Shown here piece after piece: positions 44,609 through 53,089 of a stretch of 64,000 nucleotides of DNA; the first letter of the stretch is position 1, and the number at the start of each line of letters is the position of its first letter. The stretch is from NCBI GenBank assembly GCA_964489705.1, contig CAZAZQ010000013.1, forward strand, positions 7,085-71,084. Direction: 5' to 3'. Source of the DNA: an uncultured Ignavibacteriales bacterium. GTDB lineage: Bacteria > Zixibacteria > MSB-5A5 > GN15 > FEB-12. The translations under genes were made by a program, and so were the position numbers. The notes below the pieces were generated by a model that saw only the letters and a list, made by a program, of their open reading frames with translations, made no database searches and was not told the DNA's origin.

Positions 44609-45508
44609 TTATTGAGCCGACGCAAACGCTCCCAGCTTGAGTTCTTTCAGCAGGTTTTCAACCACGGCGTAATTGAGCGGTTTGGTCCAACCGATACATT
44701 TTGCCGCCTTGGCAGCCTGACAGTCGGACGGCATCGTCATTAACGCTTCGGCAACCTGTTTTGCCAGCTCCGGGCTGGTATGAGCGCACTTGGCGAGGGG
44801 CCATTCCGGGTAGAGCTCGGTGCTGTACACAAAAGGAAAATCACCGTCCTGCCGGTTGAGTATCCGGAAATCGGACAGCTTGATTTTTCCTTCCGCCGCC
44901 ATCCGCTCCATGGTATCACTGCGGACGGTACCGACCTCGGCGACTCCCTTGGCAACCATTTCCACAACTTTGTCGTGAGTACCGGCTTCTTTGAACATAG
45001 CGCAGTCTTTTTCCGGGTCGATGCCGTGTTGTTTTAATGTCCGCAACGCCATTTGGTAGCCGCCAAAAGAACTCTTTTTCACGCACATGAAGCGTTTCCC
45101 TTTGATGTCTTCCAAGGTCTTTATGGGACTGTCGGCACGGACGAAAATAACGCCGCCGAATTCCTTGAGCGCTTTCCCTTCGCGGGAATTGATAAGGGTG
45201 GCAATGGCTTCACCGCCGAAACGTTTCTTCATGTCGACGTACATGGAGGAATTTACGAGAAAGAAGTCCACCTTTTTGTCCTTCAAAAACATCGGCACGG
45301 CATCAAACTTCAAGGGAATAATGCGGAATGTTTTGCCGACCTTCTGAGTCAAGTATTCCGCTGTCGGCATCCATTTTGCCAGACACTTTTCCGCGCCGCG
45401 TTTTGCCAGCACGCCGATTTTGACGACGTTGTCGTCGGCAGCGTATCCGAGCGTTCCGAGACAGAAGATCGCCGCCGTGAGAACGGTTACCATGATTGTC
45501 TTACGCAT
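44609..45508 (-). CDS. Periplasmic PhnD-like binding protein, TtrS/ThsS sensor-domain type
   Basis: Signal peptide; IGVLAKRG..W.P, FGGVIF, SSFGGY, HDKVV, STELYPEWP, GWTKPLNY. Confidence 0.85.
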   Translation of the reverse strand: MRKTIMVTVLTAAIFCLGTLGYAADDNVVKIGVLAKRGAEKCLAKWMPTAEYLTQKVGKTFRIIPLKFDAVPMFLKDKKVDFFLVNSSMYVDMKKRFGGEAIATLINSREGKALKEFGGVIFVRADSPIKTLEDIKGKRFMCVKKSSFGGYQMALRTLKQHGIDPEKDCAMFKEAGTHDKVVEMVAKGVAEVGTVRSDTMERMAAEGKIKLSDFRILNRQDGDFPFVYSTELYPEWPLAKCAHTSPELAKQVAEALMTMPSDCQAAKAAKCIGWTKPLNYAVVENLLKELKLGAFASAQ

Positions 45509-45573
45509 AGTCTTTTCTCCTTTTGATATATAACGGGTGAGGGAATTTCCGTCACCCGTCGTGCTTTTTTCTT

Positions 45574-46416
45574 CTATTCACCGGTGGTCGACAAAAGCAC
45601 CCCTTCCGGGTTGAATCCTTCCTCGACCCACCGCTTGACCCCGCCGTCCAGAAAGTAGTAGTCCTGACGCCCGTATTTCTCGAGGTAGTATTGCAACCAG
45701 CGGGTCTGCTTCCCGACGTTGCCGAAAAACAGCAGGTGAGACGTCGGGATGGCTCCTTCGTTTTTCAAGAAGGTGACAAACTCGTCAAGGGTGACTTTCT
45801 TCGTCCCCGGCAAGCGCATGGGAATTTCATTGCGCTCTTTCCGGTCTCGGATGTCAAAGAGGGTGTATGTCCCTTCTTTGACTTTGGCAAGAAATTCCCG
45901 GGGGGAGAGGCAGTGTTCTTTGTATTTCTCCGGTTTTATGAGCTGGTGTTGAGCCGTTTCAGCGGTCATCGGCTCCCCGAAGAATTCCGTCTTTTCCGGG
46001 TGGGTGTTTGCCCATTCGAAAATACCGGCATCGTAGACAAAGACATTCTTGAATCCCCACAGCACCGCCTTCCGGGTGGCTTTGTAGCTCTTGGAACAGG
46101 TCGTGCCGTTGCAGTAGAACACAATCGGACGGGAATCGTCAAGGCCTCTCAACTTGAGAAGATCCGCTTTCTTCATTTTCCCGACCAAGATGTTCTTGGC
46201 GTTTTTAATGTGGATGACGTTGTATTCCACATGGTTCCGAGCGTCGATGATGATAGCCTTATCGTAAATCTTGGCAAGTTCGTCGGTCGATATCGGGGTG
46301 AGTTGCGGGTACTCCTCCCGGAGCGGAAAGTCAGTCGCACCGGCAAATGACACTCCCAGAACCATCAAACTTGCAAGCCCAAAAGCTATCAGTCGGAATG
46401 TGTTTTTTGTTCTCAT
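45574..46416 (-). CDS. Exported tandem rhodanese-domain protein
   Basis: Signal peptide; IIDAR..EY..HIKNA, VFYCNGTTCSKS; second domain lacks the active-site Cys. Confidence 0.88.
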   Translation of the reverse strand: MRTKNTFRLIAFGLASLMVLGVSFAGATDFPLREEYPQLTPISTDELAKIYDKAIIIDARNHVEYNVIHIKNAKNILVGKMKKADLLKLRGLDDSRPIVFYCNGTTCSKSYKATRKAVLWGFKNVFVYDAGIFEWANTHPEKTEFFGEPMTAETAQHQLIKPEKYKEHCLSPREFLAKVKEGTYTLFDIRDRKERNEIPMRLPGTKKVTLDEFVTFLKNEGAIPTSHLLFFGNVGKQTRWLQYYLEKYGRQDYYFLDGGVKRWVEEGFNPEGVLLSTTGE

Positions 46417-46451
46417 CTTTCAAACCCTTCTCACGAGAGGTTCAAGTGTCG

Positions 46452-47681
46452 TTAGAAAGCCACTTGTAAATTCGCCCAGAATTCATCGTTATCGACCGAG
46501 GTTCCTTCTTCGCCGTTGATTTGGTAGTTGAACTGGATTTTCGTGTACTTCCGGTCAATGTAAAGATTGGTGCCTATGGTAATCCGGTCGACTTTATCGC
46601 CGCTGACATCCAGGTTGTTATCCAGCTCTTCATACCGAGCGAGGAGCTGAATGGTGGGCAGGAAAGAAGAATTGGTATTGAATGAGTGTCCCGCCCAGGC
46701 GTACCAGCCGGCTTTCTTGGTGGAGCCGACTTCCGAGTAGATATATTCGGCGGAAACAGTTTCGTTCTTCCAGTTCCAAACCACCGATCCGCCGTACGTC
46801 GTAAGGTCTTGCTTCAACGAGGCGGTATCGTTGGTCTTGCCGACGAGAGCGTTCCCGGCAATGGAGAACATCTTGGCAAGTTTGAACTCGGCTCTGCCGA
46901 CGACGTTTTTATCGTTGTTGACATCCGAGGTATTGATGCCGGAACCGTTGAACAGACCGGCGGAGAAGACCACCCCGAAGTTTTTATTGAACTGATTCTT
47001 ATAGGTGATGCTGGCGCCGATGTCCCGGTCGGTCCCCAGGCTTTTTGCTCTTGAGGTGTTCACAAACGGCAGCGCCGTCGCTGAAAGCAAAAATTCCGTC
47101 CCGAACGGCGGTTTGTACTGACCGAAGTTGAATGCCCAGTGCGGATTGGGGCTCAACGAGAGCATTCCGTCGAGGAGCTTCGGTGATTTGGCGAATTCCG
47201 CCATAATCTTGATGGTAGCGTATTGATTCAATCGTCCTTTGACGGCTAAACGAGCGCGCTTTGATTGAAAAGTAGAGCTTGCATCGTCACCGAGTTGATT
47301 TTGGTACTGCCCGTGGACGAAGCCCGTAAGAGAAATTCTTCCGTGAGCGATGCCAGCAATATTTTTGGGCCGGTTGGCATCAACCTTTTTCGTCTCTTGC
47401 ACCATTCCTTGGAGCTCTTGAACGACGTTTTCCAAGTTGATGGCGAATTCGTACCACGGATCCCGCTGCAAGTCGGCAGCGCTCGGTTGTCCGTTTATTT
47501 CCGCGTACTGTTTTCCCATACGGTCCTTGTACGGGTAGTTCTGCTTCAACACTTGAATGGAAGCGTTGAGCTTGGAGAGCGCTTTCAGGACACTGTCGTA
47601 ATCCTGCGCTTGGGTACTTGTTCCGGTCGTCATAGCCACCAGTCCAAATACCGCCACCATGATGAGTGACACCTTTCTCAT
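46452..47681 (-). CDS. OprO/OprP-like anion-selective porin
   Basis: Signal peptide, coiled-coil N-terminus, KRARL, FGQYKPPFG, DRDIG, LFNGSG, ARYE, terminal QVAF. Confidence 0.82.
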   Translation of the reverse strand: MRKVSLIMVAVFGLVAMTTGTSTQAQDYDSVLKALSKLNASIQVLKQNYPYKDRMGKQYAEINGQPSAADLQRDPWYEFAINLENVVQELQGMVQETKKVDANRPKNIAGIAHGRISLTGFVHGQYQNQLGDDASSTFQSKRARLAVKGRLNQYATIKIMAEFAKSPKLLDGMLSLSPNPHWAFNFGQYKPPFGTEFLLSATALPFVNTSRAKSLGTDRDIGASITYKNQFNKNFGVVFSAGLFNGSGINTSDVNNDKNVVGRAEFKLAKMFSIAGNALVGKTNDTASLKQDLTTYGGSVVWNWKNETVSAEYIYSEVGSTKKAGWYAWAGHSFNTNSSFLPTIQLLARYEELDNNLDVSGDKVDRITIGTNLYIDRKYTKIQFNYQINGEEGTSVDNDEFWANLQVAF

Positions 47682-47800
47682 GTTATCCCCTTTCATATAG
47701 TAGGTGTTTTTGAAATGTTGGTGTGCTTTCTATATCTCTCCCATCCTCCTCGGTGAACTTTGCCCCCGAGTCCGAAAGTGGATGCCCTCGTTTACATTAC

Positions 47801-47827
47801 ATTTCGGCTGAATTGATGTTTGCTTTA
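47801..47827 (-). promoter_or_regulatory. sigma28 (FliA)-type promoter of the porin operon
   Basis: TAAA-N15-GCCGAAAT on the minus strand. Confidence 0.65.
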
Positions 47828-48007
47828 TAGAGAATGGGTGGCGAGCCTGGGATGAAGATGCACAATTTTCAAACATTCCTCATGTCAAGAGGACGGGACG
47901 GAAGAGAAGAGAATATTTCAAAATGAAACGCTCGTTTGACTTTTGAGTAAAATTGCTGTAAACTACGGTATGAATTACGGACAACCGAAGGAGCTTGAAA
48001 AAGAGCC

Positions 48008-49453
48008 ATGAGCATCGTCGAGGTGAGGAAAGCTGCGGTGGCGGGGATGTTTTACCCCGCCAGCCCGGTCGAGTTGAGCAAGACCATCGCCGGTTTGTTC
48101 GCCGAAGTGGAGAAGAAGCCCATCTCCGGCAAGCCGCTTGGTCTGATTGTACCTCATGCCGGGTATCTGTACTCGGGAAAGACGGCGGCGTATGCGTACA
48201 AGTTGCTGGAGGGAGAACAGTACGACACGGTGGTGGTTGTTTCTCCTTCGCATACGGTTTTCTTTCAAGGTTCGTCGGTTTTTCAGGGCGACGGGTACGA
48301 AACCCCGTTGGGAGTGGTGGAAATCGATAAAGAGCTTTCGGAAAAAATCGCTTCAATTACCCCAACCGTCTACTTTTCGAAGATGGGACATGCCAGCGGT
48401 TCGACGCGGGGAGAACATGCTTTGGAAGTCCAACTCCCTTTCCTCCAAGTCGCGCTTCAAAAATTCAAACTGGTGGCGATTGTCATGGGCGATCAGGAAG
48501 AGGATTCGGTACGGACGTTAGGGGAAACACTCGGGGCGGCGTTGAAAGGCACCAACAGTCTCATGGTCGCTTCCAGTGACTTGTCTCATTTTCATCCCCA
48601 ACGGGTTGCTCAGCGGCTGGACAGCACGATTAGAACCGCGGTGGAAAAGTTCGACCCTGACTTGCTGCTGGAAATTCTCTCGACCGGCAAAGGGGAAGCC
48701 TGCGGCGGCGGACCGATGGCAGCGGTGATGATGGCGGCAAAGCGGTTGGGAGCGAAACGCTCGTATTTTCTCCACTACACGACCTCCGGGGAAACGACCG
48801 GGGATTTCAACGAAGTGGTGGGATATCTTTCCGCCGTAATACCCATCGAGAAAGTAAAAGCATCTCAGCCGGAGGAGGTCGGAGCTCCGGCAGCACGCTT
48901 GAAGAAGAGGACGGGGTTGACCGAAGAAGAGAAGCGCGCCCTTTTGAACATCGCCCGTGACGCCATCAAAGCCAAACTAATGGGGCAGCCGTACGAGCCG
49001 CCGCACATTGAGAGTCTCAGCGCAGTGAAAGGTGCTTTCGTAACCTTAAAAATTCACGGCAATCTGCGCGGCTGCATCGGGCAAATCCGAGGCTACCAGC
49101 CGTTGTACCAAACTATCGCCGACATGGCGGTAGGAGCGGCATTTGAGGACCCTCGTTTTCCGCCGTTGACGAAGGAGGAGTTCGAACAGTTGGAATATGA
49201 AATCTCCATTTTGTCTCCGCTGGAACGGGTGCATGACATCAGCGAAATTGAAATCGGCAGGGACGGGCTGATGATAAAGCTTGATCTTCACTCCGGCTTG
49301 CTGCTCCCGCAGGTGGCAACCGAGCATGGCTGGGATGTCATTGAATTTCTCGAGCAAACCTGTTTGAAAGCCGGTCTGCCCAAAAACAGCTATAAAGACA
49401 AGAACGCCGAAATATACAAGTTCTCCGCCGAGATTTTCAGCTCAGAAGAGTGA
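48008..49453 (+). CDS. amrB: AmmeMemoRadiSam protein B (MEMO1) - protein A (AMMECR1) fusion
   Basis: VAGMFYP, PHAGYLYSG, EHALEVQLPFLQ, SSDLSH; then GAFVTL..LRGCIG, DPRF, LLPQV. Confidence 0.93.
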   Translation: MSIVEVRKAAVAGMFYPASPVELSKTIAGLFAEVEKKPISGKPLGLIVPHAGYLYSGKTAAYAYKLLEGEQYDTVVVVSPSHTVFFQGSSVFQGDGYETPLGVVEIDKELSEKIASITPTVYFSKMGHASGSTRGEHALEVQLPFLQVALQKFKLVAIVMGDQEEDSVRTLGETLGAALKGTNSLMVASSDLSHFHPQRVAQRLDSTIRTAVEKFDPDLLLEILSTGKGEACGGGPMAAVMMAAKRLGAKRSYFLHYTTSGETTGDFNEVVGYLSAVIPIEKVKASQPEEVGAPAARLKKRTGLTEEEKRALLNIARDAIKAKLMGQPYEPPHIESLSAVKGAFVTLKIHGNLRGCIGQIRGYQPLYQTIADMAVGAAFEDPRFPPLTKEEFEQLEYEISILSPLERVHDISEIEIGRDGLMIKLDLHSGLLLPQVATEHGWDVIEFLEQTCLKAGLPKNSYKDKNAEIYKFSAEIFSSEE

Positions 49454-49628
49454 CTTGTGGTAAATCCGTGAAGAAATTGTGAAGGGGCATAGGAAAGAGC
49501 TTTTCCTTTGGCATGTTATGGGGGAGGGGAATAATTCTTTCTGTCGCAAGCTGTTTGAGTTCTCCTTGAAATAAAGCGCTTCTTTCAACAAACTTGTCTC
49601 ATGACGACCAATTGCTTACCTTCAGCTC

Positions 49629-50633
49629 ATGTCGCCGCAAGAAGCAAAGAAAAGAAGTGTCCTTATAACCGGCGCCAACGGATTTGTCGGTTCCCGATTG
49701 TGTCGGAAATTTGTTGCCGAGGGATTTCGGGTCATTGCGGGCGTTCGCAAAACCGCCGATCTGTCACTTCTGGACGGGGTGAACGTGGAATACCGCTACG
49801 GCGATGTCCGCAAACCGGAAACATTGGAAAAGATGGTGGCAGGGGTTGAATATGTTATCCACAATGCCGGGGTGGTGAAAGCCAAAAAGCCGTCGCTTTT
49901 CTATGACGTGAACGAAAAGGGAACAGCGGCTCTTTTTCAAGCCGTTGCAGCCGTCAATCCTCAGGTAAAAAAAGTGGTCTACATATCATCGTTATCCGCC
50001 GCCGGTCCTTCTCGTGACGGTCGGTTGATAAAAGAAGATGATACGCCCCACCCCATCAGTGTTTACGGCAAATCAAAGTTAGCCGGAGAACGGGCGGCGC
50101 TTTCTTTTGCCGACACCTTTCCCGTTGTCGTCTTGAGGCCGTCGGGAGTGTACGGACCGGGCGATAAAGAAATCTTTTCCTTCTTCGAAACGGTCAATCG
50201 GAGATTCAAACCGCTTCTGGGCAACCCTGAACGGAAGCTGCAACTCATCCACGTCGATGATTTGTGCCATGCTGTTTTCTTGGCGGTCACACGTTCGGGT
50301 AAGTCCGGTGAAGTGTATTTCATTGCAGAAAATAGGGCTTACTCCCTACGGGAGCTGGTTACCCTTCTGGAAAAGGGAGCCGGAAAGAAAGCGGTGCCGG
50401 TTTTCATTCCCGGTTTTGTGTTTATGGCGATATCTTGCCTCTCGGAGTTCAGTTTCAAGTTGGTCGGCGCCACGCCCATGTTGACCCGAGAGAAAGCGCG
50501 GGAGCTGTTGGCGTCGTGGGAAGTGGATGTCTCCAAGGCGCAGCGGGAACTGGGCTTTGAATCACAGATTCCTTTTGAACAAGGAGCACGGGAAACGTAC
50601 CGCTGGTACCGAGAACAAGGATGGTTGAAATGA
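49629..50633 (+). CDS. NAD-dependent epimerase/dehydratase (extended SDR)
   Basis: TGANGFVG, YGKSK, RPSGVYGPGD. Confidence 0.92.
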   Translation: MSPQEAKKRSVLITGANGFVGSRLCRKFVAEGFRVIAGVRKTADLSLLDGVNVEYRYGDVRKPETLEKMVAGVEYVIHNAGVVKAKKPSLFYDVNEKGTAALFQAVAAVNPQVKKVVYISSLSAAGPSRDGRLIKEDDTPHPISVYGKSKLAGERAALSFADTFPVVVLRPSGVYGPGDKEIFSFFETVNRRFKPLLGNPERKLQLIHVDDLCHAVFLAVTRSGKSGEVYFIAENRAYSLRELVTLLEKGAGKKAVPVFIPGFVFMAISCLSEFSFKLVGATPMLTREKARELLASWEVDVSKAQRELGFESQIPFEQGARETYRWYREQGWLK

Positions 50634-51049
50634 TTTCTTTTTCATTGATAGGCTATTGTCTGCTTGCCGGAGGAGCGTACTTGCTGTTGATAAGTCTCGT
50701 GATGGAAGCGCTCGGGAAAAGGCTGAACGTTCTCAGGGATATTCCTGCCGATATGGTAGAACCCTACGGCTGGCCGACTTTCCTTGTCGGCTTTTTCATG
50801 GAGATGTTGTTTTTTGTTTTCATCCCGACTATCGCCTACAGCTCTTTGTATCTTATCATTCCCCTTTCCGGGGTGCGAACCGGCCTGGCGGGAGCACTGC
50901 TGGCATTCACCTTAGGGGTGATACCGGCGCTCATGATCTTTTCCTTACGAATCCGCTTGTCGATGCTCTACGTTTTGTTCTACCTTTTGAGCATACTGCT
51001 GAAACTGGGCGGATGTTTGGCAATCATCGGATATGTGTATGCATTATAG
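50630..51049 (+). CDS. Hypothetical 4-TM membrane protein
   Basis: ATGA overlap with the epimerase stop; four hydrophobic segments. Confidence 0.7.
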   Translation: MISFSLIGYCLLAGGAYLLLISLVMEALGKRLNVLRDIPADMVEPYGWPTFLVGFFMEMLFFVFIPTIAYSSLYLIIPLSGVRTGLAGALLAFTLGVIPALMIFSLRIRLSMLYVLFYLLSILLKLGGCLAIIGYVYAL

Positions 51050-51163
51050 ACAGGAAAAAGAGCGGGGAGAATCCGTTTCTCGATATTGGACGGATTCGGG
51101 GTATGGAACGTTGTTAAGATGAGAGTATCTCTCACCGCATATTGAGAAGAGCCGGAGTTTGTC

Positions 51164-52834
51164 GTGCGATTGTGTTGCCTCGTGGTTCGACTTATTATCT
51201 GTTTGGTTCTTGCCTTTACATGTGTGAAAGCGGGTGAGAACTCGTGTTCGTCAGTGATGGAGGGGTATACCCGCCGGTTTGACGGCTACCGCGGATGGCT
51301 CATCGACAGCGTCATCGTCGACAATAGGAACATCTTCGATACGGAATGTCCCAAGTACCGCCATTTCGCTTTTTCTCTTGCCAACAAGTTCCATTACAAG
51401 ACCCGCCGATCAATTGTCCGGCAGGAGATTCTCTTGAGGTCCGGCGAACCGTTTTCTCCCGAGTTGGCGGAGGAAACGGCTCGGAATTTACGTCAGCGCC
51501 TGAAAATTTACGATGCCTGGGTAAGCATCAAGCCGCTTTCAAACAGGCGGGTCAAGGTACGGGTGGTCACGATTGACGAGTGGAGCCTTTCCGGGGGAGT
51601 GGACATCAAACGGGACGGAAACGAAACCCGGTATGAGTATTCCGTAACGGAGAAGAACCTCCTCGGGAGGAATATCTACCTTTCGGCAAGCTACTACGTT
51701 CAATCTTCTTATGAAAATTATTTTCAAGCGTCTTTGACGGAAAAAAGATTGTTCGGTTATCCCCTTGCTTTGAGCGCCGTCTACAACGGCGATCCTTTGG
51801 GCACTTTCCGTCAAGTTAACCTCAGCCATCCTTACTATAATTTGGAGCAAACCTCTTCCTTTGGGGTGAGTGTGGCAACGACGGCGGGGCGGCGGGAAAC
51901 CTGGAACGATTCGGCGCTGGTAGGACAGGCTGAGTATGAAGGAGATATCTTTTCCCTCTACGGCTCCTATCGCACCGGGACATACACCCGAAAACTATTG
52001 ATAACACCGCAATATACTTACCGTTTCGAGCGAACCTTCAACCTGACGGTCAATGCCGACAACTATAATGACAGCCTTCTGGCTCAGGAAAGCTTTGCGG
52101 CTGATTCCCTGTATCATCAACTGGGGGGGCAATTGCTCTTTTTGAACCAGAATTTTATCACTTTGCAGCGGATCGACGGGTACGGCTACACCGAAGATTT
52201 TGTTCTGGGAACGGCTTTGGGAACGGATTATGCCCGGGCGTTTACCGCCAACTTTACCGATTACCTTTTCGACCGGGTCTCGATTCGTGCCGCCGAGCGG
52301 TTCAGAGTGAAGAAGCATCTTTTTTATATCATGTTTCAGCGTCACCTTTGGTTTCGGGGCAGCAGTCAACTGCGGCAAGCCAACCAGTTTCTCACGAATT
52401 ACTATTACTTTCCCCGGGAATCTCTCACCATAGCCGCCCGAGGGATATACGTTTCCGACGACGCCGGGGATGTTGACCGCCTCTCGGTGGGAGGAATGGC
52501 GGATATTCGAGGGTATGACAAGGTCTTTATGACAGGGAATCGGAAGGCGGTATTTAACGTGGAAAGCCGTTTCAATCCTCGGCTTGAGTTTTTGACGGTG
52601 CTGGTCGGCGGGGTCATCTTTGTGGATGCCGCTCGTTCATGGAAGTACGACGAGCCGTTGACCTTCCGGGACTTCCGATTCAGCGTCGGCTTCGGGCTGC
52701 GTCTTGCTCTGGAACGTCTTTTGAAGAACAAACTATTGCGTTTTGATGTCGCTTATTCCGATAAAAACGGCTGGCAGCTTTCCTTCGGTACCGGTCAATA
52801 TTTCCTTTCCTTCAGTAACTCTTTTTTCCCTTGA
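51164..52834 (+). CDS. Omp85-family/POTRA-domain outer membrane protein
   Basis: NKFHYKTR..ETARNLR POTRA, EKNLLG, GGMADIRGY, LRFDVA. Confidence 0.8.
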   Translation: MRLCCLVVRLIICLVLAFTCVKAGENSCSSVMEGYTRRFDGYRGWLIDSVIVDNRNIFDTECPKYRHFAFSLANKFHYKTRRSIVRQEILLRSGEPFSPELAEETARNLRQRLKIYDAWVSIKPLSNRRVKVRVVTIDEWSLSGGVDIKRDGNETRYEYSVTEKNLLGRNIYLSASYYVQSSYENYFQASLTEKRLFGYPLALSAVYNGDPLGTFRQVNLSHPYYNLEQTSSFGVSVATTAGRRETWNDSALVGQAEYEGDIFSLYGSYRTGTYTRKLLITPQYTYRFERTFNLTVNADNYNDSLLAQESFAADSLYHQLGGQLLFLNQNFITLQRIDGYGYTEDFVLGTALGTDYARAFTANFTDYLFDRVSIRAAERFRVKKHLFYIMFQRHLWFRGSSQLRQANQFLTNYYYFPRESLTIAARGIYVSDDAGDVDRLSVGGMADIRGYDKVFMTGNRKAVFNVESRFNPRLEFLTVLVGGVIFVDAARSWKYDEPLTFRDFRFSVGFGLRLALERLLKNKLLRFDVAYSDKNGWQLSFGTGQYFLSFSNSFFP

Positions 52835-52858
52835 CAACCTCTTGAAATTCAATACATT
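52831..52858 (+). promoter_or_regulatory. Putative sigma70 promoter
   Basis: TTGACA-N16-TACATT. Confidence 0.45.
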
Positions 52859-53089
52859 ATAGGTGTACATATCGCCGCCACTCGGACAGGAAGGGAAAGA
52901 GGAGGGGAACAGGAAAACAAAGTCGTATGTTATTGAGGATAAGTAACACAATGATAAGCGGATGCAAGTACGACTCTCTTTCTTCCATCATTCCTGTGGC
53001 GCTTAAGGCGACGCTGTTGGAGAGCTTTGCATTCTCGCCGATAACAGTGAGGAAACCAACAAGTTAAAGTGAGGATAGCGTTGAAGGAC

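Noticed and set aside
45532-45570. Hairpin between the rhodanese and binding-protein genes
   Set aside because: The T-run is on the antisense side, so it is more likely an mRNA-stabilising stem than a terminator of this operon
47740-47790. Possible c-di-GMP riboswitch in the porin leader (GGCAAA)
   Set aside because: No GNRA loop/receptor two-stem layout could be built
53037-53044. GCCGATAA sigma28 -10 box upstream of the dockerin protease
   Set aside because: The -35 position reads TGGA rather than TAAA-like, so support is insufficient
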